A stretch of DNA of 64,000 bases, from positions 32,001 through 96,000 of the forward strand of contig CAXXVK010000010.1 in assembly GCA_963676915.2 (NCBI GenBank), read 5' to 3'. This DNA is from Myxococcota bacterium. Lineage in GTDB: Bacteria > Myxococcota_A > SURF-8 > G963663525. How positions within the stretch are numbered: position 1 is the stretch's first letter; each line of letters starts with the position of its first letter. The notes below the pieces were generated by a model. The model worked only from the letters and a program-made list of their open reading frames with translations, searched no databases and was not told the DNA's origin. Below are positions 9,808-19,494 of the stretch, one piece after another. Both the position numbers and the translations under genes were made by a program.

Positions 9808-12485
9808 TTGGTATTTCAGATGACGCGTCACCAGAGATTGGCCGAGTTTGTCGTCGAGATCGGTATGGCGGAAGCCAAAGATGTCGAGAAGTGCATTCAG
9901 TCCAGCAACGGATCCGGTCAACATTTTGCCGAAATGATGATTCAACAAGGGCAGATCGACGAAAACGACCTAGCCCAGAACATCGCCTCCAATACCGGCT
10001 ATCCCCTGGTCAGTTTGCGGCACATGCGAATTCCGTCGTACATCGCAAAGATCTATCCTGCGGAAATTTCCAGAAAAAAACGCTTCATTCCCGTTTCGAT
10101 CAAGCGCGAAGGCGAAGAGGAAGTTCTCTACGTCGCGTTTTTCGATCCTACCGATGAAGAGATCATCGAACAGATCGAAGCCAAAACCGGCAAACGCGTC
10201 AAGCCGGTTGTCGCATCATTGACCCAAGTCCTCGAAGCGATCGAGCGCTATATCTGGCGTTGGAAACGAAGAAGTTCCTCCCAATTGAAAATCACGACGG
10301 GGAACAGGGCGGAAGCTACGAAAGAAACACCAGCTCCGGAACCTGAAAAAGGACCGGAACCCATCGCTGTCGAAGCCGTCGAAGAAGAATCGACCGAAAT
10401 TCTGATGCCGGAGATCCTTGAAGAGGAACCGGAAGAAATCGCGGCAGAAGAGGATGAAGAAACGACGGTGATGGATTCGTTCGACGAAGATTTCGATGAC
10501 ACCGACATCGATATCGGCACCGATAAAATTTCTACGGAGTTACTCAAAGAAGGCCGATGCATTGTTCGATCATCCGGTTGAGGATGACGAACAGAAATCC
10601 GATTTCGAGTTTTCTATCGATCAACATCGATTTAACGCTCAAAGAATCTGCCGATAAGTTGGATTCGGAAAAACCCACACCCGGGTTCTCGAATCACCCC
10701 GCCGAAGACCACGCTGGAGATGACCGCTCTTTCTTCGGAAGACGTCAATGAGGATGATTCTACAGTGGAAATGGAAGCGGAGTCGATTCAAGAACTTCCG
10801 GAAGGTGCCGAAGAATTCGTTTTTAACCCGGACGAAGTGGACCGAATGATTTCCGCGACGTCCTCCACACCTGCCGAAGACCTGGAGGTGGACACGTCTC
10901 CCGTCGAAACCATCGACGATGCCGATGAAGAAGCCACAACGGTAGATTCTTCCAGCGATCGAGGAAGTGGAAGAAGAAACCAACAACAATGGATCTTCCA
11001 TCCATCGAAGAGGTGGACGACGAAGATATTTCATTTGATTTCGATGCCGAAGATGAGGAAGAAACTGCAACGGTAGACCTTCCCGCCATCGAAGAAGTCG
11101 ACGGGAGAAGAAGCCGCCGAAGCTGCTCCCGCAGCGCGAGAATCGGTCACTATCGACCTTCCGTCCATCGAAGAAGTTGACGAGGAAGAAGTCGCCGACG
11201 CAGCTCCGGCAGAACGAGAATCGATTACTATCGACCTTCCGTCCATCGAAGAAGTTGACGAGGAAGAAGTCGCCGAAGCAGCTCCGGCAGAACGAGAATC
11301 GATTACTATCGACCTACCGTCTATTGAAGAAGCGGATGAGGACGAAGTGGTCGAGGCAGCTCCTGCAGAACGTGAATCGAATCACTATCGACCTACCGTC
11401 TATTGAAGAAGTTGACGAGGACGAAGCGGTCGAAGCGGCTCCGGCAGCGCGAGAATCGATCACTATCGATCTTCCGTTCCATTGAAGAAGAAGATGAGGA
11501 CGAAGCGGTCGAAGCCATTGAAGATACGGAAGTTTCTCCGGTAGAAGAGCCACCCGAATTGCCCGCGACCGGTGAAGAAGACCTGCTGGAGGATATCGAT
11601 GGAATTCTGGATCTCGCCGAAGCGGAACCTGCTCCGGGGGAACCGATGCTCGAATTCTCCGAACCAGCAGATGGTCCCGAAGAAATCGACCGATCCACTC
11701 CGCCACCCCCTCCAGTGCAGCATTCCGAGGAAGACCTTGTAGACGAAGTTCTGGCCGTCACCGGAGATGCTCCTCCCGAAGAGTTGGAAGAATGGTTCGA
11801 TTCCGAAGGGGAAACGCTGGACTACCATGCCGAAGGATCGATGGATAGTGGCGAGTACGAAGCTTCGGTGGAACAATCATTTGAAACCGCCTCTCAAAAA
11901 ACCACGTCCGAAATGACCATGCTCGACGATTCCGGCTCTCAACCGATTGTTGAGTTGTCTCAGGACGAGAAACCTTCCGGTGTCGAGGCTTTCGACGGTC
12001 TGGACGATAGCAACGATTGGCTCGGTTCATCCGACGCCGAGGAAGAAGATCGGGAAATCGACCCAGACCTTCCCGATGCGGATCTGGACGAACAATGGCT
12101 CCTGGATGCGGAAAAAGAATTGAACGAAGGGTTGAACGACGACGATTTGGAAGAAACTTTCGAAAGTTCGCGCGTTGAAACCAAGGATATGGCGTTGGAA
12201 TTGCCTGATTTCGACTCGGAACCTTCGGGCATTTCTATGGATCTCATGCAGTCCGATCCGAGTTCCATGAAAACCCTGCTCCATCTGGTTCACAAACTGG
12301 AAGACAAAGTCGAGATGCCACCGGAGGAGTTCATTTTCGATCTCGTGCACGGAACCCTTCCGGCACCGGATCAGCCTGACGACGCCGCCCTGCACGAAGA
12401 AGTTTCCTCCACCATGCGAACCATGATCCAGAACAATCAGATCATTCGCCAAGAACTGCTGCAAGAATTCTTCAAGCAGCGATAA
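9808..12485 (+). CDS. GspE N-terminal (T2SSE_N/MshEN-like) domain protein with long acidic low-complexity repeat tail; split by about 8 single-base insertions
   Basis: N-terminus QRLAEFVVEIGM...HFAEMMIQQGQIDENDLAQNIA...FIPVS..LYVAFFDPTD..IEAKTGKRVKPVVAS matches the GspE N1 pattern. ORF pieces 9808..10581, 10720.., 10989.. and 11403..12485 rejoin into one acidic protein if duplicated bases are removed. Confidence 0.7.
11070..11520 (+). repeat. 78-bp coding tandem repeat (26-aa unit TIDLPSIEEVDEEEVAEAAPAERESI), ~6 copies, with 2 shorter degenerate copies upstream (~10938, ~10986)
   Basis: ACT ATC GA(C/T) CT unit starts at 11149, 11227, 11305, 11384 and 11462 (spacing 78/78/79/78); a related unit starts at 11070. 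Confidence 0.9.
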
Positions 12486-12537
12486 CCCCTCGGGTTTTCA
12501 GGAAAACTTAAACTTGGAATGGTTGTCAATTTACTCG

Positions 12538-12575
12538 AAATTCAGATCGGGTGAAGAATCACCCGACCTGAATTT
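12538..12575. terminator. Bidirectional intrinsic terminator between convergent genes
   Basis: AAATTCAGATCGGGTGA-agaa-TCACCCGACCTGAATTT inverted repeat between the stop at 12485 (+) and the glgP stop at 12590 (-). Confidence 0.65.
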
Positions 12576-12589
12576 ACGGTAGTTTTGAA

Positions 12590-15145
12590 TTATCCCCAGG
12601 CAATCAAGCCCGGAATGAAGCGGGTAGCGATCAGATCGTGATCGGGGGTGATTCGCACCGTAAATCCGTTTTTACCGGTAACGACCAGCGGCACACGGCC
12701 TTCGTAGCGATAGCGTCCGCTACCCAGTTCCTTGACGATCGTCATCCCCAGGCTCTGGCCTTTTTCGATATCGCCCGAACTACCGATACCACCGTAAAAC
12801 AGCTCCACCCGAACGTCACCGGGCTGGATCTCTCCCAGATGAACCACGGCGGAAACGGCCAGTTCGTCACCGACTTTCAGCGACACCAGCTTTTCGGCGT
12901 TGACTTCCTCGACGTTGATCTGCACCCACTGCATGTACATCGACCGCCGCCAGCGGGCCAGTTCGCGTGCTGGTTCTCCGTTATCGGCCAGCAAGGCCGC
13001 TTTACGATTCATTCCAGGATGATAGCTGCGCAGGACGTAATCCTCGACCATGCGATGCGTATTGAACTGCCAACCCAAGGTCGCCATGGAACGCTTCATG
13101 CGTCGTATCCAGCCTCTGGGAATACCTTTTTTGCGGTCGTAGAAAAGCGGAACGATTTCATGCTCCAACAGGTTGAAAAGAGCCTGGCTTTCCACATGGT
13201 CGGCATAGTTGAGGTCTTCGTATTCCTCGCCGCGTCCGATGGCCCAGCCGTTGTCGCCGTTCCAGCCTTCCACCCACCAACCGTCGAGAATCGACAGGTT
13301 CAGGCCGCCATTGGCGATAACCTTCATTCCGCTCGTACCGCTGGCTTCGAGATTCCGACGAGGCGTATTGAGCCAGATATCGACGCCCTGAACGAGGTAA
13401 TGCGCCACGTTGGCATCGTAATCTTCAAGGAAAACCAAGCGGTTACGAACATCATCGCGCTGGGCGAAGCGTACGATCTGCTGAATCAGTTCTTTCCCCG
13501 CCACATCGTGCGGATGGGCTTTACCGGCAAAAATCAATTGCAGGGGACGCTCTTCATCGTTGAGCAGCCGCAGCAACCGCTCGATATCACTCAGAATCAG
13601 CGTTCCGCGCTTGTACGTCGCAAAACGTCTGGCGAATCCGATGGTCAGAACTTCCGGGTCCAGCACTTCGTCCGCCCGTGCGATTTCGGAAGGCGGCGCC
13701 CCACGAGATTTTAGCTGTGCAGACAAGCGCTTGCGGGAAAAAGCCACCAGACGTTCACGCCTCCGCTCATGGGTTCGCCACAATTCGGCATCCGGCACCG
13801 AATCCACCCGCGCCCAGACTTTTTCGTCTTCCGGTTCGTAACGCCAGTCACGCCCCAGGTAGCGATCAAGCAGCATCGACATGTCATAGGAAATCCAGGT
13901 CGGCAGGTGAATTCCGTTGGTGATGTGAAAAATCGGCAACTCGTTGACCGGCAGATCGGGCCAGATCCTCTGCCACATGGCGCGGCTGACTTCTCCATGA
14001 AGTTGGCTCACGCCATTGCAGGCTCCGGCCAGACGCAAGGCCAGCACGGTCATGCAAAAATTCTCGTTCGGATCGTGGGGATTCTGCTTGCCAAGCCCCA
14101 AGAACGTGTTCATATCGATACCGAGTTGATGAACGTACTCGCCGAAATAGGTTTCCATCAGCGGGTTGGGGAACACGTCGTTGCCCGCCGGAACGGGCGT
14201 GTGGGTGGTAAACGCATTGTTCGTGGCAACCACTTCGAGCGCTTCCGCGAAGTTCAGGGAATGCTCTCGCATGGCATAGCGAATCTGTTCGAGCGCTCCG
14301 AAAGCCGAATGCCCCTCGTTCATATGACAACAGTTGGGGTCGAAACCCAGTTCGCGTAAAAGCCGGTAACCACCGATACCTAACAACACTTCCTGCTTGA
14401 TACGCATTTCGTGATCGCCGCCGTACAGACGAGACGTAATCGCCCGATCTTCCTCGGAATTTTCCGGTATATTCGTATCGAGCAAATACAACACGACGCG
14501 CCCCACCTGGAGCTTCCACGCCTGGGCGCTCACCACTCGACCGGGGTAATCCAGCCGAATCAGCAAGGTGTTCCGGTCGGCATCTTTGACCACACGAATC
14601 GGCATGTGGGAGAAATCATTGTCGGGATACAACTCCTGCTGCCATCCGTCGGCCGTCAAATACTGGCGAAAATAGCCTTCCCGATACAACAGACCGACAC
14701 CCACCAGCGGCAATCCCAGATCCGATGCCGATTTGAGGTGATCCCCGGCGAGAACCCCCAGACCACCGGAATAAATCGGGACGCTCTCATGCAATCCGAA
14801 TTCCATGGAGAAATAGCCGATGCAATCGTTTTCGCGATCGGGAAAATTGGACACATACCAGGACCGGGAGGTCAGGTAAAAATCCAGATCCGATTCGACA
14901 CGATCCATATGGGACAGGAAACTTTCGTCCTCCAGCAGTTCCTTGAAACGATCCTGTTGCATCAGGCCGAGCATTTCGAGAGGATTGTGGTAGCACTCCT
15001 CCCATAGCTCCATATCGCAACGCATGAACAGCTCGGTGGCCTCGTGATTCCAGACCCACCACAGGTTGTGTGCGATTCTCAGCAACGGCTTGAGCCTGTC
15101 CGGCAAAGCGGGAGACACATTGAAAGTTCGGATATTTTTCATCAT
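12590..15145 (-). CDS. glgP: Alpha-glucan (glycogen/starch) phosphorylase
   Basis: 851 aa; YFSMEFGLHESVPIYSGGLGVLAGDHLKSASD, FARRFATYKRG, PLP-lysine motif EASGTSGMK. Confidence 0.95.
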   Translation of the reverse strand: MMKNIRTFNVSPALPDRLKPLLRIAHNLWWVWNHEATELFMRCDMELWEECYHNPLEMLGLMQQDRFKELLEDESFLSHMDRVESDLDFYLTSRSWYVSNFPDRENDCIGYFSMEFGLHESVPIYSGGLGVLAGDHLKSASDLGLPLVGVGLLYREGYFRQYLTADGWQQELYPDNDFSHMPIRVVKDADRNTLLIRLDYPGRVVSAQAWKLQVGRVVLYLLDTNIPENSEEDRAITSRLYGGDHEMRIKQEVLLGIGGYRLLRELGFDPNCCHMNEGHSAFGALEQIRYAMREHSLNFAEALEVVATNNAFTTHTPVPAGNDVFPNPLMETYFGEYVHQLGIDMNTFLGLGKQNPHDPNENFCMTVLALRLAGACNGVSQLHGEVSRAMWQRIWPDLPVNELPIFHITNGIHLPTWISYDMSMLLDRYLGRDWRYEPEDEKVWARVDSVPDAELWRTHERRRERLVAFSRKRLSAQLKSRGAPPSEIARADEVLDPEVLTIGFARRFATYKRGTLILSDIERLLRLLNDEERPLQLIFAGKAHPHDVAGKELIQQIVRFAQRDDVRNRLVFLEDYDANVAHYLVQGVDIWLNTPRRNLEASGTSGMKVIANGGLNLSILDGWWVEGWNGDNGWAIGRGEEYEDLNYADHVESQALFNLLEHEIVPLFYDRKKGIPRGWIRRMKRSMATLGWQFNTHRMVEDYVLRSYHPGMNRKAALLADNGEPARELARWRRSMYMQWVQINVEEVNAEKLVSLKVGDELAVSAVVHLGEIQPGDVRVELFYGGIGSSGDIEKGQSLGMTIVKELGSGRYRYEGRVPLVVTGKNGFTVRITPDHDLIATRFIPGLIAWG

Positions 15146-15541
15146 CCAGCTCCTGGGGAATTCCCCCGTTGGGTGTTTGCATGTTCGTATCTAGTATTTA
15201 TAAGCGAAACGAAGAGGCATGGCAAGATGCATCCAACGAAGGAAAGCACCTTTTTTGTAACCGTGCCAAACGAAGCCAAGCATTGTGAAGAATGTAGCTT
15301 CTTGGTTTTGGGTGGCAGGTGGTTGGTCGCTGGTATCAAATTTCAACATTTTCCTATAAAAACAGCCATTTCCTCACATTTTCATCTCTTGAAAAAAACG
15401 AAAAACTACGCATAAGAGGCAATGAAAATCGTTGTTTTCGATGAATCAACGTTGTATGCTTTGCCAGGATTTAAATATCACCGAGGGACGAAAACGTGGA
15501 CTTTACAGCCCTCGATACTCATTTTTCGGGCGAATTGCACG

Positions 15542-16063
15542 ATGAAAATACGACACGCAGGAGGAGCCGTTTTCACGCTCGCCGCACTGGCGATGCTGGC
15601 TGCAATGACGTTTACCCGTGCCGGGGCAAGCGACGAAGAACCGTTTGTCGGTTCGAAAGTCTGCGGAGCCTGTCACCAGGCCCATTACGAAGCCTGGAAA
15701 AACGGCCCTCACGGGCACTCGATGGACAGCCTCGAAGGAGCGGAGCGGACCAATTCTCAATGCCTCGCCTGCCACGGCAATCCCGATTCACGCTACGATA
15801 AAACCGTTGGTTGCGAATCCTGCCACGGACCGGGGCGGTATTATTCGAAACCGTACATGATGCGTGACAAACCCGCCGCCGAAGCCGCCGGACTGCGTGT
15901 GGCCGATTACGGCAACTGCACGCTCTGTCATCGCCCGGAACATCCGATGATCCGTTCTTTCGACGCGAAAAAAGATTGGACGAAACTCCCCCACGCCGAA
16001 GTCAGCGCACTGCGGAAAAAAGGGAACGAAACGGATCAAAAAAAGACAAACAAGGCCGAATGA
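15542..16063 (+). CDS. Periplasmic tetraheme c-type cytochrome (c554-like)
   Basis: Signal peptide from ATG 15542; four CxxCH motifs (CGACH, CLACH, CESCH, CTLCH); FVGSKVC..CH and VGCESCHGPG are typical of the family. Confidence 0.85.
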   Translation: MKIRHAGGAVFTLAALAMLAAMTFTRAGASDEEPFVGSKVCGACHQAHYEAWKNGPHGHSMDSLEGAERTNSQCLACHGNPDSRYDKTVGCESCHGPGRYYSKPYMMRDKPAAEAAGLRVADYGNCTLCHRPEHPMIRSFDAKKDWTKLPHAEVSALRKKGNETDQKKTNKAE

Positions 16064-16084
16064 CCCTTCAAGAAAGTAAACGCC

Positions 16085-17365
16085 ATGCCGAGGAAAAAAT
16101 CCAAAGTTGCCGTATTGCGAACGAGACCGCAAAGCGTTTTCAGTGATTACCACGAGTTGCTCAACCTCGCGGATTATCAGGACTATCTGGACAAAGCGGC
16201 GGACACCGCCCTGAAAATCAACATTTCCTGGCATTTTTTCTATCCGGCGACCTCCACGACACCCTGGCAACTCGAAGGCGTGATTCGCGCCATGAAGTCC
16301 GATGGGTTCGACCCGGATCTGATTCACGGCTGCCACAACCGAACCGTCGTCATCGACGCCCACCTGGGTGAACGTGAAAACAAGCTGCTCAAGCCGGTCG
16401 AAGATCACGGTCTGCGCAACGTTCACCTGTACGAAGGGGAAGAGTGGATCGATGTCCACGAGGCTGTGGGCGATCTTTCCAAAAAGTTCCTCGTTCTCAA
16501 CGATGTCTATCCCAAAGGGTTCTCCATACCGAAACGCTTTATCGGCGAGAACATCATCCACCTGCCGACCGTGAAAACCCACGTTTTCACCACCACCACC
16601 GGTGCGATGAAAAACGCTTTCGGCGGATTGCTCAACGAGCATCGTCACTGGACCCACCCGGTGATTCACGAAACGCTGGTGGACCTGCTGATGATCCAGA
16701 AGAAAATCCACTCCGGTCTGTTCGCCGTGATGGACGGCACATTTGCCGGAGACGGTCCCGGACCGCGCTGCATGGTGCCGTTCGTCAAAGACGTGATTTT
16801 AGCCAGTTCCGATCCGGTGGCCATCGATGCGGTGGCCGCGAAAATGATGGGCTTCAACCCGCTGAGCCTGAAATACCTGAAAATCGCCCACGACATGGAA
16901 CTTGGCAATGCCGATCTGCAAGACATCGAAATCGTTGGCGATACAAGCGTTGCCGCCGAAAACTGGCGCTTCGATGGCCCGATGAAAGACATCACCTTCG
17001 CCGCCCGAATGCAGCACCAGATTTACTGGGGACGCCTGAAAAAAGCGATCGAGTGGTCGTTGAAAACCTGGATGGCGCCGTGGGCCTACATCGCCAGCGT
17101 ATTGTACCACGACTGGTACTGGTATCCCACCAAAGGTTTGAAACGGCTCGACGAAGCCCTGCAAAGCGATTGGGGACGGCTGTTCCACAACTGGGAAAAA
17201 CTTACCCCCAACGAGCAGGGATTCCCCAGCATTCCGGCAGAGTACGCCAAGCTGGACCGAACGACCTTCAACCACATGGGCGACGCGGTAAAGGTGCTGG
17301 GAACGACCATCACCGAAGCCCCGGAAGTTGCCGCCCGAGTGCGCCGCAAACACATTGAGAAATAA
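16085..17365 (+). CDS. DUF362 domain-containing protein
   Basis: 426 aa; LKINIS, IIHLPTVKTHVFTTTTGAMKNAFGGL, VMDGTFAGDGPGP, ILASSDPVAIDAVAAKMMGFNP. Confidence 0.85.
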   Translation: MPRKKSKVAVLRTRPQSVFSDYHELLNLADYQDYLDKAADTALKINISWHFFYPATSTTPWQLEGVIRAMKSDGFDPDLIHGCHNRTVVIDAHLGERENKLLKPVEDHGLRNVHLYEGEEWIDVHEAVGDLSKKFLVLNDVYPKGFSIPKRFIGENIIHLPTVKTHVFTTTTGAMKNAFGGLLNEHRHWTHPVIHETLVDLLMIQKKIHSGLFAVMDGTFAGDGPGPRCMVPFVKDVILASSDPVAIDAVAAKMMGFNPLSLKYLKIAHDMELGNADLQDIEIVGDTSVAAENWRFDGPMKDITFAARMQHQIYWGRLKKAIEWSLKTWMAPWAYIASVLYHDWYWYPTKGLKRLDEALQSDWGRLFHNWEKLTPNEQGFPSIPAEYAKLDRTTFNHMGDAVKVLGTTITEAPEVAARVRRKHIEK

Positions 17366-17382
17366 TTCAGATCTTTTGCATA

Positions 17383-17426
17383 GACGCCAAAGGCCGAAAC
17401 GAAAACGTTTCGGCCTTTGGCGTTTT
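17383..17426 (+). terminator. Intrinsic terminator
   Basis: GACGCCAAAGGCCGAAACG-aaaa-CGTTTCGGCCTTTGGCGTT followed by a T-rich tract, just after the DUF362 stop. Confidence 0.75.
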
Positions 17427-17702
17427 GTCGTGTTTTTGTGTGTTTCGTTCCTCTACTGATTCAACAACCAGCGGGAAATCACGATGCGCTGCCATCCAGA
17501 TGGAGCAGGATTGTATCCTGCTCCTCAGGCAATTGATAAACCCCACTTCGAACAATTTTATCGCCTGTAACTTATTGAAATTATTGAAGCTCAAAAACGA
17601 CAAAGCCACTTTGTCAGCAAGCTGAGACGGGGATACAATCCCCGTCCATCGGACAAGAACGATGTAATCGTAGAGATGGGTAAATCCAGAAAAATCAACT
17701 TG

Positions 17703-19493
17703 TTACGCAGATTCCGTGGTGTCTTCCTGCTTGGCTATCGGTAGTTCGATGGAAAACACGCTGCCGTGGCCCAGTTCGCTTTCGACCGAGATTTTTCCGT
17801 CGTGTGCTTGGGCGATGTGCTTGACGATGGCCAGCCCTAGTCCCGTACCGCCCATCGAACGGCTACGGGCTTTGTCTACCCGATAAAAGCGTTCGAACAG
17901 CCGGGGAAGGTGCTCTTTGGCGATCCCCGGACCCGCGTCTCGAATTCGAATGGCCAGCGTATCGGATGTTTCCTCGACGATGACGTGTACCTCGCTGTTT
18001 TCACCGCTGTATTTGATGGCGTTGTCCAATAGATTGATTACGGCCTGTGCGATGAGTGCGCCGTTGACATCGGCGGTAACTTTTTCGTCCACATCGGCAA
18101 GAATGCTGATGTTTTTCAACTCCGCCTTACGTTGGCAGATCAACACCGCCTCTTCGACGATATCCGCCAGGGAGGATTTGGATTTTCGCAACCCTTCTTT
18201 TTCAGAGTCGCTTTCGATACGCGAGAGGGTCAGCAGGTCTTCGATGATCGCCGACAGGCCGTTGGTCTGGCGTTCGATGATGGAAAGAAAACGCCGGGCG
18301 TTGGCTTCGTCGTCGAGGGCGCCGTCTTTCAGGGTTTCGACGAATCCTTTGATGGAGGTGATCGGCGTTTTTAATTCGTGGCTGACATTGGCGACGAAAT
18401 CCCGTCGAACCCGTTCGAGACGCTTGATTTTGGTAATGTCATTGAGTACCACAAGCGCACCGGTCTGGTTGCCCACCGAGTCGTGAATCGCGGTTCCCGT
18501 GATTTGCAGGTCGCGGGATTCGTCCCGGACGATCCGCAATTCACCTTCATGGATGCCATCGTCTCGAAGCGTTTTTTCGATGAAATCCCGTAAATCCCGA
18601 TTGGAGGTGATTTCCTCGATTCGCAGACTTTGCGCCGTTTCGCGGTCGATGCCGAAAAGGGTTTCTGCGGCGTGGTTGTACATGATGATCCGGCCTTCGG
18701 TATCCACGGCGAAGACGACTTCCACCATGCTGGACAACACGGCTTCCAACTCGTTGCGCTGCTTGGTGATGGTGCGAATGCGGTCATCGAGCTGACTGGC
18801 CATTTCGTTCATTTTCTGGGACAGGGCATTGAACTCGATGGTTCGAAATGGTGTGATCCGATATTCCAGGTTTCCCGACGCGAAATGCTGCACTCCCTGC
18901 TTCATTCCCTGGATCGGCTTGTTGATTCTGTGGGAAACGTAGAGGCTCAGTAGGGCCGCGAGAACGGCTACGATGAAACCGCCTCGGATCAACTGCCAGT
19001 TGATCGTGCTTAACGTCTGCCAGATTTCCGCCGTAGGCATCGAAACACGCACGACTCCCAGCAAACGCCCCTCGCGGGTCGAAGGCAACGCGACGTAAAG
19101 CATTTCCCGGTCCAGGGTATGGCTGAAGCGGGTGGATTCGCCGATTTTTCCATTCAGGGCTTGGATGATTTCCGGGCGTTGGGCGTGGTTTTCCATTTCT
19201 CCGGGTTGTTTTTCCGAGTCGGAAATCACGATGCCGCCGGGGAGAACGAGAGTGATGCGGGTGTCGATACGCTCGCTCAATTCTTTGCAAAGCCGGTCGG
19301 CTTCGGCAGGCGGAACCCTTTCGAAGAGGTCGAGTTGATCGATCAGGTGGGCGCGGGCTTCCAGATCCTTGGCCAGGGTTTCGTAATAGAAATCACTCAA
19401 CGCCTTCCAGGTGATCAATTCAATGGCCAGAATGGACAGAATGGAAACCAGAAGAAAGGTCGGAAACAGTTGCCAAAGCAGGCGGATGCGCAA
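17703..19493 (-). CDS. phoR: PhoR-like sensor histidine kinase (2 TM, periplasmic sensor, HAMP, PAS, HisKA, HATPase)
   Basis: RRDFVANVSHELKTPITSIKGFVETL, NLLDNAIKYS, LFERFYRVDKARSRSMGGTGLGLAIVKH; TTG start at 19493 abuts the regulator stop. Confidence 0.8.
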   Translation of the reverse strand: MRIRLLWQLFPTFLLVSILSILAIELITWKALSDFYYETLAKDLEARAHLIDQLDLFERVPPAEADRLCKELSERIDTRITLVLPGGIVISDSEKQPGEMENHAQRPEIIQALNGKIGESTRFSHTLDREMLYVALPSTREGRLLGVVRVSMPTAEIWQTLSTINWQLIRGGFIVAVLAALLSLYVSHRINKPIQGMKQGVQHFASGNLEYRITPFRTIEFNALSQKMNEMASQLDDRIRTITKQRNELEAVLSSMVEVVFAVDTEGRIIMYNHAAETLFGIDRETAQSLRIEEITSNRDLRDFIEKTLRDDGIHEGELRIVRDESRDLQITGTAIHDSVGNQTGALVVLNDITKIKRLERVRRDFVANVSHELKTPITSIKGFVETLKDGALDDEANARRFLSIIERQTNGLSAIIEDLLTLSRIESDSEKEGLRKSKSSLADIVEEAVLICQRKAELKNISILADVDEKVTADVNGALIAQAVINLLDNAIKYSGENSEVHVIVEETSDTLAIRIRDAGPGIAKEHLPRLFERFYRVDKARSRSMGGTGLGLAIVKHIAQAHDGKISVESELGHGSVFSIELPIAKQEDTTESA

Positions 19494-19494
19494 C

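Noticed and set aside
11070-11520. Regularly spaced repeats resembling a CRISPR array
   Set aside because: The entire 78-bp unit repeats in frame with synonymous variation. There are no unique spacers and no cas genes; this is a coding repeat.
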